Numbered from the whole stretch's first letter, positions 36,925 to 50,109 are shown. The stretch is 63,596 nt of DNA, filler included, from Basidiobolus ranarum (GCA_040143965.1; 50 parts of 50 records of this genome joined end to end with filler, not necessarily neighbours in it), one strand, 5' to 3'. Numbers and translations are program-made. Notes: generated by a model from the sequence alone, not told the origin.

Positions 36925-37024
36925 NNNNNNNNNNNNNNNNNNNNNNNNNNNNNNNNNNNNNNNNNNNNTTAATTAATTAANNNNNNNNNNNNNNNNNNNN
37001 NNNNNNNNNNNNNNNNNNNNNNNN

Positions 37025-38197
37025 GTCATGCCACAAGTAGATGTGTCATTGCTTGAATAGATTATCCCATGGCTAAAACAACAATACTGTGTATCTTGAT
37101 CTATCTCACCAAGAAGTCTGTCTTGCAGCTTTCCTAAAAATACCATCACATTATCATACAAGCAAATTAGTCTGATTATACAGGTACTTACTCTGTGTCC
37201 ATGCATTAAGCTTTGTTGCTGTTATTGTGCTCAAACAATGCAAAAGCCTGTGAGCACATTGAAAAAAGCTCTTTGTTGGCAGGTAAATATACTCTGGAGT
37301 CTCCTTAACCCATTGCATAACATCCATCACTGATTGTGCTGATATATTGTTAATCAGATTAGCATATGGTAATAGTGATAATTTCACATGGAGCATTATT
37401 TCATTGCAGGTGTGCTCCATTGGGAACTCCCAGAATGTATAGCAAGAGCCTATAATCTCTAAGCATTGTGACAGATGCAGCAGGGAATGTATTGAATACC
37501 AGCATAGATTCAGTCTATCTTCTTTAAGCTTGTAATAAAGTTTTTCATATCCAATTACAAAATCTTTGCACAGTTGCTGTATCTGCCTGAGATCTGCCAA
37601 TGTGAGTTGCTGTTGTAAGAATATATTAACAATATCTACAAACAACTCCCATTGTTGCCAATACTTATCAGGAAGAAATCTTTTCAAAGTTCCACTTGAA
37701 CATATACAAATCTAATACTTCCAGTTTTGCATTTGAATAAATGCCTAGATGAGTGGATATTGATGAGAGTCCTGGTAAAATATGAAGGTATCTTGACATT
37801 TTCAAGCATTTTCCCAATCAATTCAAGCTTTGATCCTATCTCAGATGTTTCATTCATATTGAATTTTCCACTATATAGCTGAGTAAGTAGTATCAGAATG
37901 TTGTTGAATAGTAAGTGCATAGTGCCTAATGGGAAGCTCTGGCTCCAGCTAATCCCCTTTAGCAATATAATCTTAGGCTTATGGCTAATACCAAGTTTGA
38001 TGTTAGATTGACTATTTGGTGAATTGATGTCAGTGATCATATTGAAATCTGACCAGGTTATTGTTGGTAAAATCAGGAAGTTTAGTGTTTTATTTGGATA
38101 GTAGTAATGCATATGCCTGTTAGAGTAAACTCCATTGATTTGACAAAATCTACAGCAAGATAGTACATTGTGCTTGCAAAGGCCTCCAAGTCTATTG
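37025..38197 (-). mobile_element. CACTA transposase C-terminal half including intron (~37133-37191)
   Basis: HSLLHLSQCLE, FWEFPMEHTC; GTAAGT..CTAAT..TTTAG. Confidence 0.9.
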
Positions 38198-38297
38198 NNN
38201 NNNNNNNNNNNNNNNNNNNNNNNNNNNNNNNNNNNNNNNNNTTAATTAATTAANNNNNNNNNNNNNNNNNNNNNNNNNNNNNNNNNNNNNNNNNNNN

Positions 38298-39470
38298 CTT
38301 ACTATTCAACAACATTCCAATACTACTTACTCAGCTATATAGTGGAAAATTCAATATGAATGAGCCATTTAAGATAGGATCAAAGTTTGAATCAATTGGG
38401 AAAATGCTTGAAAACCACAAGATTCCATCATATTTCAACAGGACTCCCATCAATATCCACTCATCTAGAGGTTTATTCAAATTCAAAGACTGGAAGTATT
38501 GGATTTGTATATATTCAAGTGGAATTTTGAAAAGACTTCTGCCTGATAAGTATTGGCAACATTGAGAGTTTTTGTCTATTGTGTTAATATATTCTTATGG
38601 CATCAACTCACATTGGCAGATCTCAGGCAGACACAGCAACTGTGCAAAGATTTTGTAATTGCATATGAAGAACTTTATTGCAGGTTTAAAGAAGATATAC
38701 TCAATATATACCAGTATTGAATACATTCCCTGCTGCATCTTTCACAATGCTTAGAGACTATAGGCCCTTGCTATACATTCTGGGAGATTCCAATGGAGTG
38801 CACCTGTGGAGAAATGAGGCTCCATGTGAAATTGTCAGTATTACCATATGCAAATCTGCTTTGATTTGACAAAATCTACTGCAAGATAGTGCATTGAGCC
38901 AATAAAAACCTCCAAGTTTGCTGAAGGCAGGAGTGTCACCAATACATACAATGATATTAGCTTTAATAAAATATTCACCCATCTGAACCATATTAGATAA
39001 CTGTTCAAATTCCACAATCACAGGCTCCAAGAAGCTATCTATAAGCACTAGTGACTCAGGTCCTGATATGATGGATAGTATCAAAATATTATAATTCTCA
39101 CACCATTCAGAAGGAGCAAGATCTAAGTTAATTTAAATTATTGGCAAGCAATCCTTTCCTACTGTATATTTGTTTAGTGAGAAACCACACAGATTGAATG
39201 AAAATGCATGATAATCCATGTTCTCATGGTAACCTTGACTTATTTGCCTGATTCAGTGATTGCCAATTGTGTGCAAACAGCATATGACTTCAGGTTTTTC
39301 AGATCACCAGTGAAAGCCAAACAGCCATTTGGACATAAAGGTAGCTTAATTACTAAGATGGAGAATCAATGCTATGTAAGCCAAATATGAACAATATTTA
39401 CCTGATTCACTGATTGCCAATTGTGTGCCAACAGTACATGACCTCAGGTTTTTCAGATCACTGGTGAAAG
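38298..39470. mobile_element. Two CACTA transposase pieces joined in inverted orientation at ~38859
   Basis: + strand to YANL, then minus-strand GDTPAFSKLGGF region with an internal duplication. Confidence 0.85.
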
Positions 39471-39570
39471 NNNNNNNNNNNNNNNNNNNNNNNNNNNNNN
39501 NNNNNNNNNNNNNNTTAATTAATTAANNNNNNNNNNNNNNNNNNNNNNNNNNNNNNNNNNNNNNNNNNNN

Positions 39571-40742
39571 AATTAAGATGACATAGTCATGACAGTACTT
39601 GGGAGCCTGCCAGATGAGTTTGGGAACCTCATAATTGCCATAGATTCAAGATTAGAGCAATATAACAATGGAACATGCTGGCACTAGGCTTTCAAATGAG
39701 GAATTCAGGAGATCTAATTCTCAGCATAAAATGCAGAACAGGCTTTTTTTGGAGCTGCAAAACATCCAACAGGTGTCAATAATGGTGCCCTTAATACAAA
39801 ATCAATCATCTGTGAGTATTGCAAGAAACCAGGCTATTTGATCAAAGATTGCTGAAAAAGGATTTTTGCCAAAAAGCTGAAATTAGAACAAGCAAATCAA
39901 GTAAGCACTGATTGGGATCATCTGTTTGTGTCTGCCCTATCAGTAACCACTAAAGAAGACTCAGAAACATGATCCATTGATTCAGGAGCTTCCCAGCATG
40001 TATGAAAGAAGAAAGATTGATTTTTCAGCTTAAAACCCATCCAATCAAGGAAAGTCTACTCAGGCAATGACTTTGCACTAGATGCAGTTGGTAAGGGCAA
40101 AGTTGTGCTCAATTTAGACTGAAATACCACCAACTGTCTGCAAGATTGAATGATGTACTCTATGTGCCAAAAATAGCCAAGAATTTATTTGCAGTAAGCC
40201 AACTAACAACTCAAGAACAAAACATCATGTTCAGCAAGGTTGGATGCATTATCACAGATCAGAATAATTTCAAACTAGCTACTGCGATCAAAACTCAAAA
40301 TATATATGAGCTAGATATCAACAAACTGCTTTGTGAGCATGCAAACTTGTCCAAAACCAGTGATATGGGCTATCCAACATGGCATAGAGGACTAGGTCAC
40401 AATGGGGAGCAAAAATGAACCCAAATGATCCAAATTCAGCTTGTTTTGGGCTTAGATATTGCAAATATCACAAAATTGGATCTGTGTGCAGGTTGCATAT
40501 ATGGAAAACATCACAGATAGGCATTTACAAGCTCATGAGAGATTAAATCCACTCAGAATTTTGCCCTGATTCATTCCAACCTATGTGGGCCCATGAAGAA
40601 TGTCTCACTAGGTGGGAAAATGTACTCTATGACATTTACTGATTACAAACCAAGATATACTGGGGTATTGTTTCTCAAATCAAAATCTGGAGCCTTAGCC
40701 ACATTGCAGCATTACAAAGCAATGGTAGAAAAGAATCAGCAC
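39571..40742 (+). mobile_element. Ty1/Copia gag-protease-integrase pseudogene
   Basis: CEYCKKPG zinc knuckle, IDSGASQH, WHRGLGH, IHSNLCGPM. Confidence 0.92.
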
Positions 40743-40842
40743 NNNNNNNNNNNNNNNNNNNNNNNNNNNNNNNNNNNNNNNNNNNNTTAATTAATTAANN
40801 NNNNNNNNNNNNNNNNNNNNNNNNNNNNNNNNNNNNNNNNNN

Positions 40843-41220
40843 TATTAGCCAGACTTTCAGTCTCATATAGTCCTGCAAGTGTTTCCCAAGCATTTTGGAC
40901 ATTTTTGGCTGATTGAATGTGTCTCAATTGAGAATCTCTGAGGTGTAGACAAATTGTAGAGAGTGCTTTGCTGTGCTTCTTGAGAAAGGCAAGGATAGCT
41001 TCTGGCGATCCCTTTGGCTCTATTTCTTTGCCTGTAACAAATTCCCGAAGGTCCTTGTCTTCTAGCACCATTTGCATCTTGAACTTCCCAAGGTGAAAGT
41101 CTTCACCATCAAACTTCCCTGTGGATGCAAAAACATTGGTAATAGTACTGGTAGACATTCCTTTAATAGCTAGCTAGGGGCTCATAACCTGATCAAGGTG
41201 TTTAGGGGATTTGAAAGTGT
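40843..41220 (-). mobile_element. Copia 5' end: LTR end, PBS GGTTATGAGCCC (41189-41178), gag (ATG at 41158)
   Basis: KFDGEDFHLGKFKMQMVLEDKDL...AWETLAGLYE. Confidence 0.9.
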
Positions 41221-41284
41221 CTAATTCACTAATCCAAATCTTGTCCAAAACACTTCCAACTCCCCTAAACACTTTTATCAATAT

Positions 41285-42014
41285 TCAGGTATTTGAGAGG
41301 AACTGCAGATCTAGTTCTGGAATACTGTGCCACTCATGAGGCACAAAATTTTGAAGGCTACAGAGATGCAGACTGGGAAGAAATCTTGATGTTAGAAGAT
41401 ATACAACTGGGTACACATTTCTCCATGGTAATGGAGCCATAACTTGGAATAGTAACAAGCAACCAACCATAGCACTTTCCACTACAGAAGCAGAGTATAT
41501 GGCTGCCTCTGCTACTACACCAGAAGCTATGAGGTTAAGGAAGTTATTTACAGACTTATGATACATGCAAAAATGAGCTAATACTATACTTGAAGACAAT
41601 CAAACTTGTATTTCATTAGCTAAAAACCTAACATTTCATGCTAGATCAAAACATACAGATATTGGGCATCATTTTGTTAGAGAAGAGATAGAGAATAATA
41701 TAATTGAACTTGTCTATTGCTTCACTGAAGAAATGATAGCTGATATCTCAACCATACATTTAGCTAAAGCACAATTCAAATTACTCAGACATAAGCTAGG
41801 TTTAAGAGAAATATAAAATAATTAGTTGAGTGGGAATGTCAAAATTACGTAAATAGCAACTCATTATTTGGTAGTTGGTCTGTTCTTATTCTGATGATTT
41901 AGCACTCAATTCTGTCATTCAAAAATGTGTGTTTATTGCTCTAATTGATAGAAATATCAATTAGATCACTTTTACCAATTTTCACTATTTTCTCAAAACT
42001 TCTCCAAATCACCT
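41285..42014 (+). mobile_element. Copia RNase H, PPT and start of LTR type 4 (41837)
   Basis: IALSTTEAEYMAA, FHARSKHTDI, MIADI; ttagttgagtgggaa then tgtcaaaatt. Confidence 0.88.
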
Positions 42015-42114
42015 NNNNNNNNNNNNNNNNNNNNNNNNNNNNNNNNNNNNNNNNNNNNTTAATTAATTAANNNNNNNNNNNNNNNNNNNNNNNNNNNNNN
42101 NNNNNNNNNNNNNN

Positions 42115-42280
42115 GCTTTGGCAAGTACAAAGGTTATAAAAGAAGGTAACCAGGTGTATGTTATGGTTGTAACAGACCAGGACACCAGTTAAAAGATTGA
42201 AATTCAAGATATTACAACAAAAATGAGAAGTCAGAACAAGCAAATCAGGTTTCAACCAAAGAGGAAGTATTATTCCTATT
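42115..42280 (+). mobile_element. Copia gag zinc-knuckle fragment
   Basis: CYGCNRPGHQLKD; matches 11320-11414. Confidence 0.8.
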
Positions 42281-42813
42281 TGTCATAATAAGGAACTAGA
42301 CAAGGACTGGAAACAATGACAAGAGGCTAGAAGGAAGGAGAGTACTTGGGTGTAGATCACAAGACAAGACAAGACAAGACAGGACAAGGAAGATACTTTG
42401 GCAAGAATCTTTATTGATAACGGTTGTTGATCAGACTGAGGTCTGATCAGGAAATACATGGTGCTTATATAGATATTACAAGGTGAAACATAATATACTG
42501 AATATGGAATATACTTTGGCAAGTTTGAGAGTCAGGGTGTTGGAGGCTACAAGGACCAATACAAAGAAAGATGATGTAAGGATGATCAGGTGACCTTCCA
42601 TGGAAGGTCTTGGTGGAAATACACTATTTGTGGGATGACATGATTAGTTAGGTTTCATGGAATGTCCAAAGAACATGACTTCCATAAAAGGTAATCTGAA
42701 CTAACTAACACAAGATTGCCAAGAAGATATGGCATAGCAGATATGATGTCTTAATCTAATAATAGAGGAGTCTATTTATAGTGGATCAGTATGCCAAGAT
42801 CAGAATCATGACA
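42281..42813 (-). repeat. Complete LTR type 2 (533 bp), the 3' LTR of a chromovirus
   Basis: TGTCA...TGACA inverted ends; directly follows a chromodomain ORF and purine-rich tract. Confidence 0.9.
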
Positions 42814-42825
42814 GTATCCCATTCA

Positions 42826-43056
42826 TTAGTGATGGCTTCTAGACATCATAGGGCCAGGTGTTTCTGGGTAGGCTTTGTGAAACTCCTGGCAAAGTTCCTT
42901 GGAATTGGAAAGATTTGTTGCTGGCTCCCATGATTGATCATTTTTTGAATATCCTTTCCAATTCACTAAATATTCCAACTTACATCAATAAATTCTGCAA
43001 TCTAGGATTTTGCCAACTTCATATTCAGGGTGTTCTTCCACTTGGATTGCTGGGGG
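42826..43056 (-). mobile_element. Ty3/Gypsy integrase C-terminal chromodomain
   Basis: EYEVGKILDCRIY*CKLEYLVNWKGYSKNDQSWEPATNLSNSKELCQEFH. Confidence 0.92.
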
Positions 43057-43286
43057 TGTTGAAGTTTATTGTCTTTATCATATTTATTATCTCTATCTTT
43101 ATACACCTGACTATTTCAAATATCACATATAAGTTAGTTAACATTACTCAGTCAAATATCACTTAGCTGAAAACCGGAACATATATTATATATATATGTG
43201 AATAATGTGAGAATTAGCAATTCCATAATGGAAATTTCAAACTTGTCCAAATTGCCCCACAGATAGCTCATCTTACTCCCACAGAT
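43057..43286 (+). repeat. LTR type 3 5' part, inserted in chromovirus
   Basis: Starts tgttgaagtttattgtc. Confidence 0.87.
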
Positions 43287-43386
43287 NNNNNNNNNNNNNN
43301 NNNNNNNNNNNNNNNNNNNNNNNNNNNNNNTTAATTAATTAANNNNNNNNNNNNNNNNNNNNNNNNNNNNNNNNNNNNNNNNNNNN

Positions 43387-44558
43387 ATGTTGCCAATACT
43401 TATCAGGCAGAAATCTTTTCAAATTCCACTTGAATATATACAAATCCAATACTTCCAGTCTTTGCATTTGAATAAATGCCTAGATGAGTGGATATTGCTG
43501 AAAGTCCTGGTAAAGTATGATGGTAACTTGACATTTTCCAGCATTTTCCCAACCAATTCAAGCTTTGATCCTATCTCAAATGGCTCATTCATAGTGAATT
43601 TTCCACTATACAGCGGAGTCAGTAGTATTGGAATGTTGTTGAATAGTAAGTGCATAGTGCCTAATGGGAAGCTCTGGCTCCTGCTGATCCCCTTTAGCAA
43701 TATAATCTTAGGCTTATGGCTAACACCAAGTTTGATGTTAGACTGACTATTTGGTGAATTGATATCAGTGATCATGTTGAAATCTGACCAGGCTCTTGAT
43801 GGTAAAATCATAGAGTTTAGTGTTGTATTTGGCTAGTAGTATTGTGTATGCCTGTTAGAGTAATCTCCATTGATTTGTCAAAATCTACACCAAGATAGTG
43901 CATTGTGGCCACAAAAACCTCCAAGTTAACTGAGGGCAGGAATGTCACCAATGCATACAATGATATTAGCTTTAATAAAATATTCACCCATCTGAACCCC
44001 ATTAGATAACCATTCAAATTCTGCAATCAAAGGCTCCAAGAAGCTATCTATAAGCACTGGTGATTTAGGTCCAGATATGAGAGATAGTATCAAAATATTA
44101 TGACTCTTATACTGTTCAGAAGGAGGAAGATTTAAGTTGAATAAAATCATTGGCCAGCAAGCCTTTCCAATGGTATATTTGTTTAGTAAGAAACCATCCA
44201 GAGCCAATGCAAATGCATGATCATATGTGTTCTCAAAGAAACCTTGCTTTTCAGATTCTGGTTGTGATATCTATCAAGTATATTAATAATACCATCAGCT
44301 TTACAGTGAGTACTTTGGTATTGCATCAATGATCTATATATGGGTGATTCAGCAAAACTTTAAGATGGGGAATCAATGTTATGTAAACCTAAAATGAACC
44401 ATATTTACCTGATTCAGTGATTGCCAATTTTGTGCAAACAGTACATGACTTCAGGTTTTTCAGATCACCAGTAAAAGCCAAACAACCATTTGGACATGAA
44501 GGTAGTTTAATTACTGAAGGATTATAAGTCATACAATTTACAAGTGTTTTCCACATGT
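43387..44558 (-). mobile_element. CACTA transposase core fragment
   Basis: ALDGF, CWP, GDIPALS, MHLLFNN, FKCKDW. Confidence 0.9.
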
Positions 44559-44658
44559 NNNNNNNNNNNNNNNNNNNNNNNNNNNNNNNNNNNNNNNNNN
44601 NNTTAATTAATTAANNNNNNNNNNNNNNNNNNNNNNNNNNNNNNNNNNNNNNNNNNNN

Positions 44659-45715
44659 CATATATAGCTTAGTACTTAGTTATCTTATACTTCACTAAGA
44701 TATTATCAATTATTCTCAATTGGAATTTACTTAGAGTATTTTTACCAACTTAGAAGTTCTCAGATATTTAGATTTTTTCAAACTTGCGCTAGAAGCCCCA
44801 GACGTTGCACACATGTTCCTGGGACCTTCCTTTAAATATTCTACATGTTAGTTTGTTTACATCTTGCCAAAACTATAAATGTGAACTTTCTACTCAATAA
44901 ATCAACAAGTGAAAACCACCAATTCCTCTAATTCTCCAAACCACTTCCAACAGGCTCCCTAATACTTTAACACCAGGAACATATGTGCAAAGTTTGGGGC
45001 TTCTTTGAAAAAGCTATATATCTGAGTACCACTAAGCGAATTACAATTGAGAATAATGGATTATATCTTAGTGAACTAAAAGATATCTAAAACCAAGCTA
45101 TATATGACCATATAGGTATTTAGGCAATATTAATTTCAATAAATAAATCATCAAGTCAAAACCACCAATCTCTCTAATCCTCCAAACCACTTCCAAAAGG
45201 ATCCCAAATACTTTAAAAAGTATCATATTGTCATATCTAAAATAAACATATAACAGGAATATTGAAAGAATGAGTTGATATATTAATATCTAATCAATGA
45301 ATTACTATATTACATTTTTATATGTTTTGTTGAGCCCTGCTATTTAGGTACATAGCATTCATAGATCAACAATGATTCATTTATAATATTGCAAGTATGT
45401 GATAATGTTGGATAATTAATCTTTATTCAGTATCTTAGTTGACTTTTGTTATGAAACATATAAGAGAAACAGAAAGCTGCATATCTAGAGCCCCTATATT
45501 CTAAACAGGAACATTGTTATAGTATTTGGGAGCCTGTCAGAAGTCATTTGGAGAATTAGAGAAATTGGTGGTTTCCACTCATGGATTTATTGAGCAGAGA
45601 GTTGACAATTATAGTATTGCCAAGACATAGACAAACTGACATGTAAAATGCATTAAGAAAAGGTCCTAGGAGTATATGTTCAAAGCTTGGGGCCTCTAGT
45701 GTAAGTTTGAAAAAT
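44659..45715. repeat. Cluster of LTR type 1 pieces in alternating orientation (44659-44972 +, ~44973-45140 -, ~45141-45217 +, ~45515-45715 -)
   Basis: Direct similarity to 56749-57096. Confidence 0.82.
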
Positions 45716-45929
45716 TTGATCCCTTAATCATCATGAACTTAACTCCTACGCCAATTCCCCCTCAAACTTCACCCAAAAAAGATCTCTCTGTTGAAGATAC
45801 CTATACAAAACTTTACGTCCAACAACTTANNNNNNNNNNNNNNNNNNNNNNNNNNNNNNNNNNNNNNNNNNNNTTAATTAATTAANNNNNNNNNNNNNNN
45901 NNNNNNNNNNNNNNNNNNNNNNNNNNNNN

Positions 45930-46890
45930 ATTCAATACATTCCCTGCTGCATCTTTCACAAAGCTTAGAGATTATAGGCCCTTGCTATACATTCTGGGAG
46001 ATCTCAATGAAGTGCACCTGCAGTGTAATGATGCTCTGTGTGAAATCATAAATATTACCATATGCAAATCTGATTAACAATGTATCAGCAGAATTTATGA
46101 TGCATGTAAAGTGATGGGTTAAAGAGACTCCAGAGTATATTAACCTTTCAACAAAGGGCTCTTTTCATTGTGCTCATGTGTTTTTGCATTGTTTGCACAC
46201 AATGACAGCAACAAAACCCAATCCATGGACACAGAGTAAGTACCTTGATAATTCAGACTAATTTGTTTGTGTGATAACCTGATAGTATTTCTAGGAAAGC
46301 TGCAAGACTGACTTCTTGGTGAGATAGATTGAGATATGCAGTATCATTGTTGTAGCCATAGGGTAATCTATTCAGGCAATGATTCATCTACTTGTGGCTG
46401 GACATTTGTAGACTGCAAGTTGGGGATATTTTGGCTGAATTCTTTATGGAACTTTGCCAAAATCCATGAGCTTATTCTCATTGTGAACAGTAACTAGAGT
46501 CATCTTTATGCCAAGTGTCAGTGCTATTCAAAATTTCAGATGTTTAGCAATTTTTCCACCAGTAGTTTGCTGGTAAAGCATATTCATGTTGTTGATTTAT
46601 GTCTGATCAGTCAAGTATGCACACATGTAGAGACTAAACACTACAAGATTCTTGTATTTTTTGATTCTCATTATGGCTGGAATACAAAACCAAAAATATC
46701 TGATTAAAGGCAAGCATATTAATTCAAATTCTTACTGCAGTAAACCCAGTAACTTGCCATTTGAAAATTTTATTTTTGCAAAAATTACTGGAAATTAAAT
46801 AATGCATGCCAAATATGAGGATTAATATTTTACCATGCATGAATACCATTGAAAAACTGTCAATAAGTTGCCATTACACTGTCTAAATAC
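45930..46890 (+). mobile_element. CACTA transposase 3' end and subterminal region, interrupted by LTR type 1
   Basis: Intron, last exon ending DSHYGWNTKPKISD*. Confidence 0.88.
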
Positions 46891-47100
46891 TGTTAAAGTA
46901 TTTGGGAGCCTGTTGGAAGTGGTTTGGAGAATTAGAGGAATTGGTGGTTTTCACTTATTCATTTATTGAGTAGAAAGTTGACATTTATAGTTTTGTCAAA
47001 TTGTAAACAAACTAATGTGTAGAATATGTTAAGGAAGGTCCCAGGAACATGTGTGCAAAGTTTGGGGCTTCTGGCTCAAGTTTGAATAAATCTATATATG
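46891..47100 (-). repeat. LTR type 1 3' part
   Basis: tgttaaagtatttggg terminus. Confidence 0.88.
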
Positions 47101-47200
47101 NNNNNNNNNNNNNNNNNNNNNNNNNNNNNNNNNNNNNNNNNNNNTTAATTAATTAANNNNNNNNNNNNNNNNNNNNNNNNNNNNNNNNNNNNNNNNNNNN

Positions 47201-47467
47201 GTCTTTATCATATTTGCTATCTCTATCTTTATACACCCAACTATTTCATATATCTCATATAAGTTAGTTAACATTACTTAGTCAAATATCACTTAACTGA
47301 AAATCACAACATATGTTATATATACATGGGAATAATGTGAGAATTATCAATTCAATATTGGAAATTTCAAACTTGTCCAAATTACCCCAAAGATAGCTCA
47401 TTTTACTCCCACAGATGTTCTGAACACAACCCCAGTGTTAGTTTTCTGTATTTCCACTAAATGTATC
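47201..47467 (+). repeat. LTR type 3 internal part
   Basis: Matches 18064-18330. Confidence 0.85.
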
Positions 47468-48371
47468 AATGATATCTTGTTTTACAAGAAGCACCTTTAT
47501 ATTTCAGACCACACTTATAGAGTCAAAATCATGCAGGAAAGATATGACTCACCACTTCAAGGACACTTTGGCATTGCCAAATCATATATGTTTGCACACA
47601 GGGATTACAGATGGCCCAAAATGTTTGCATTTGTCAAGACTTTGTTGCCACCTAAGATACTTGTACTTGAGTGAAGACTCCTAGACATAAGCCCTATGGC
47701 CTCCTGTGGCCACTTCCAATACCTGATCAACAGTGGAAATACATATCCCAGGATATCATAACTGATCTACCCTTGTCTGCCAAATATGATTCAATTCTGG
47801 TAAATGTTGACTATCTAACAAAGATGGCCCACTTAGTGCCCTGCAACAATTCAATTGATGCAAAACAAAAAACCAAGTTGGTAACTCAAAATATCTTCCA
47901 CCCAATGGACTGCCTGACACTATCATCTCTGACTGAGGACCTCAGTTTGCTTCCAAATTCTGGAGAAGTCTTCTCCAAACCTTGGATATCTCAGCCAATC
48001 TCTCCACTACCTTCCATTACCAATCTGATGGCCAAACAGAAAGAGTCAATCAAGGTTTGGAACAATATTTGCAATCACTATCAACTATAAGCAGGATAAT
48101 TGGACACAACTCTTGCCCCTTGCTGATTATGCTTACAACAACTCTTATCATACCTCAACATAGCAAACCCCTTTGCAAATTATGGATTCCATCCTTGTTT
48201 CACCGTTCACCCACCATCCAATCTACCTTGCCTGCTGCCTCAGACCATGCCACTTTCCTTAAGGAGTTCCATAACCAATTAATATCCTAGTTGGAGCATG
48301 CCCTATTGCAATATAAGAACTTTGCTGATAAGAAAAGAAAGCCAAGCCCATATCTCAAGCCAGGAGATTAT
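47468..48371 (+). mobile_element. Ty3/Gypsy integrase pseudogene
   Basis: GHFG..KS, KPYGLL.PLPIP, ISQDIITDLP, VDYLTKMAH, QSDGQTERVNQGLEQYL. Confidence 0.93.
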
Positions 48372-48471
48372 NNNNNNNNNNNNNNNNNNNNNNNNNNNNN
48401 NNNNNNNNNNNNNNNTTAATTAATTAANNNNNNNNNNNNNNNNNNNNNNNNNNNNNNNNNNNNNNNNNNNN

Positions 48472-49641
48472 ATCTTTGTGATGGTGTGAAGAATTTGGTA
48501 AGTGAGACAGTAGAGCCTAAGCTCATGGGCTCCTTTGCTTTTCCCTTGGGTTTACTAACTTCCTACTCCTTGAGTACTTCTTTAGCTGCTTTTCTTTCTT
48601 TTCCAAGTCAATAATTGTGTACATTGTTGAGATGTTACATGAATAGGCCTATACTAGGCTAATTGCCATTTTCTTGCAAAAACCCAGGATAAGCAACATG
48701 AAATAAGTCAAGAATCTTCAGAGTAATGCCTGGTTTTTGGTTTTTCCATGTTTGGCTCAAATCTAGGTGATTTTGGGCAAGCTTCCACACAGTTTCTAAA
48801 ATGTTAAACCACTTATCATCAGAGCAAGTGATGGCAGCTCTGACATACAGAGTTTTTGGTTTGCCAGTTTTCCTATGAGATTTCTACTTTTGTGCCAGCA
48901 GACTTTAGCTTGGAAGCCAATTTTGATTTTGATGTTGAATGCTTTTTGAATGGCAATGCAGTTTTCAGATGGTAAACTTGGTGTAATGAAATTGCTTAGA
49001 AACAGCTTATAATAAACCAAAATTGCCATCCATTACTGGAAATATCTTGTAAATCCCTGATAACTCATCTGCAACACCATCTCAGAATCAGCTGAAGATA
49101 TTGATGGGCTTTACCTAATATACCACCCTTACATAGGAGGTGTTCTTTTTTCTACAATATCTTTCTCATGCCACAACACAAACATTTAAAGAAGCCCTGC
49201 TATTATTGTCACAAATATTTGTGCTATGAAAGCCAGAGGCTTCATAGAAGAAATAATCACAAGCATGGTCACTGTACAAAACCACCAGCTGCACAAAGCC
49301 TGGTGTATATCAACAGTAATAAACGCACAAAATCAACTTTAGTTTTGACCACTGAGTTCACTGGCTGTGCTTTGCCTCAAAGTTTTGGAAACACTGACAA
49401 AAGTCAATATACCATGGAGTTATCACAGTTATATGACCAGAATGATGTAGGTAGAAATGCAACTTTGGTCAACCAGTAAGTCCAGATAACTTTGAGGACT
49501 TGCTGCTAGATGTTGACCTTGGTTATTCCAGTACTAATGGTAGTACATCAGAAGTTGAAGAAGAAGACAATGGTTTTGTGAAGGACTCTTTGTTATTAGC
49601 AAGCATTAGTCTACTCATAACACTTACAGTAAAGGAAGCAG
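48472..49641. mobile_element. CACTA central region: deleted ORF2 (minus, start ~48956), 211-bp spacer, transposase 5' end (plus, ATG at 49168)
   Basis: MPQHKHLKKPCYYCHKYLCYESQRLHRRNNH; same arrangement at 52282-53450. Confidence 0.88.
48957..49167. promoter_or_regulatory. Putative bidirectional promoter between ORF2 and transposase
   Basis: Same length in two copies (211 bp here and at 52852-53062); partial copies at 21439-21631 and 12550-12685. Confidence 0.55.
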
Positions 49642-49741
49642 NNNNNNNNNNNNNNNNNNNNNNNNNNNNNNNNNNNNNNNNNNNNTTAATTAATTAANNN
49701 NNNNNNNNNNNNNNNNNNNNNNNNNNNNNNNNNNNNNNNNN

Positions 49742-49851
49742 TCTACTATATAAGTCACCATATACTCTTAAGAATAAACTAACTAAAACTCACTATCATA
49801 AGTTGCTTCTAATACTCAAAGTCTACCCCATTATGTCAAGATCCTCCAACA
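49742..49851 (+). repeat. LTR type 5 3' end
   Basis: cactatcataagttgc...gatcctccaaca matches 63437-63498. Confidence 0.75.
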
Positions 49852-50109
49852 AGTTCTACCAAAATTATCTGAATAGGTCAAATATGCTATATGTTAGTTG
49901 CATAAATGGCATTGAAATATCAGGCCCATATATATCTATGGGATCAGGTAAAAGTAGACTTAATACTTTTATTTAAATTAGGATTATATGAACACCTATA
50001 TAGTCATATATAGCTTTGTACTCAGTTATCCTATCACTACAATATACACACTCACTATGCACAATCAGATTTACTTAAAATACTTTACCAACTCATAAGT
50101 ATTGAAATC

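Noticed and set aside
42276-42818. LTR2 at 42281-42813 as a solo LTR with TSD
   Set aside because: Flanks differ (CTATT vs GTATC) and one side is the element's own chromodomain/PPT, so it is a 3' LTR.
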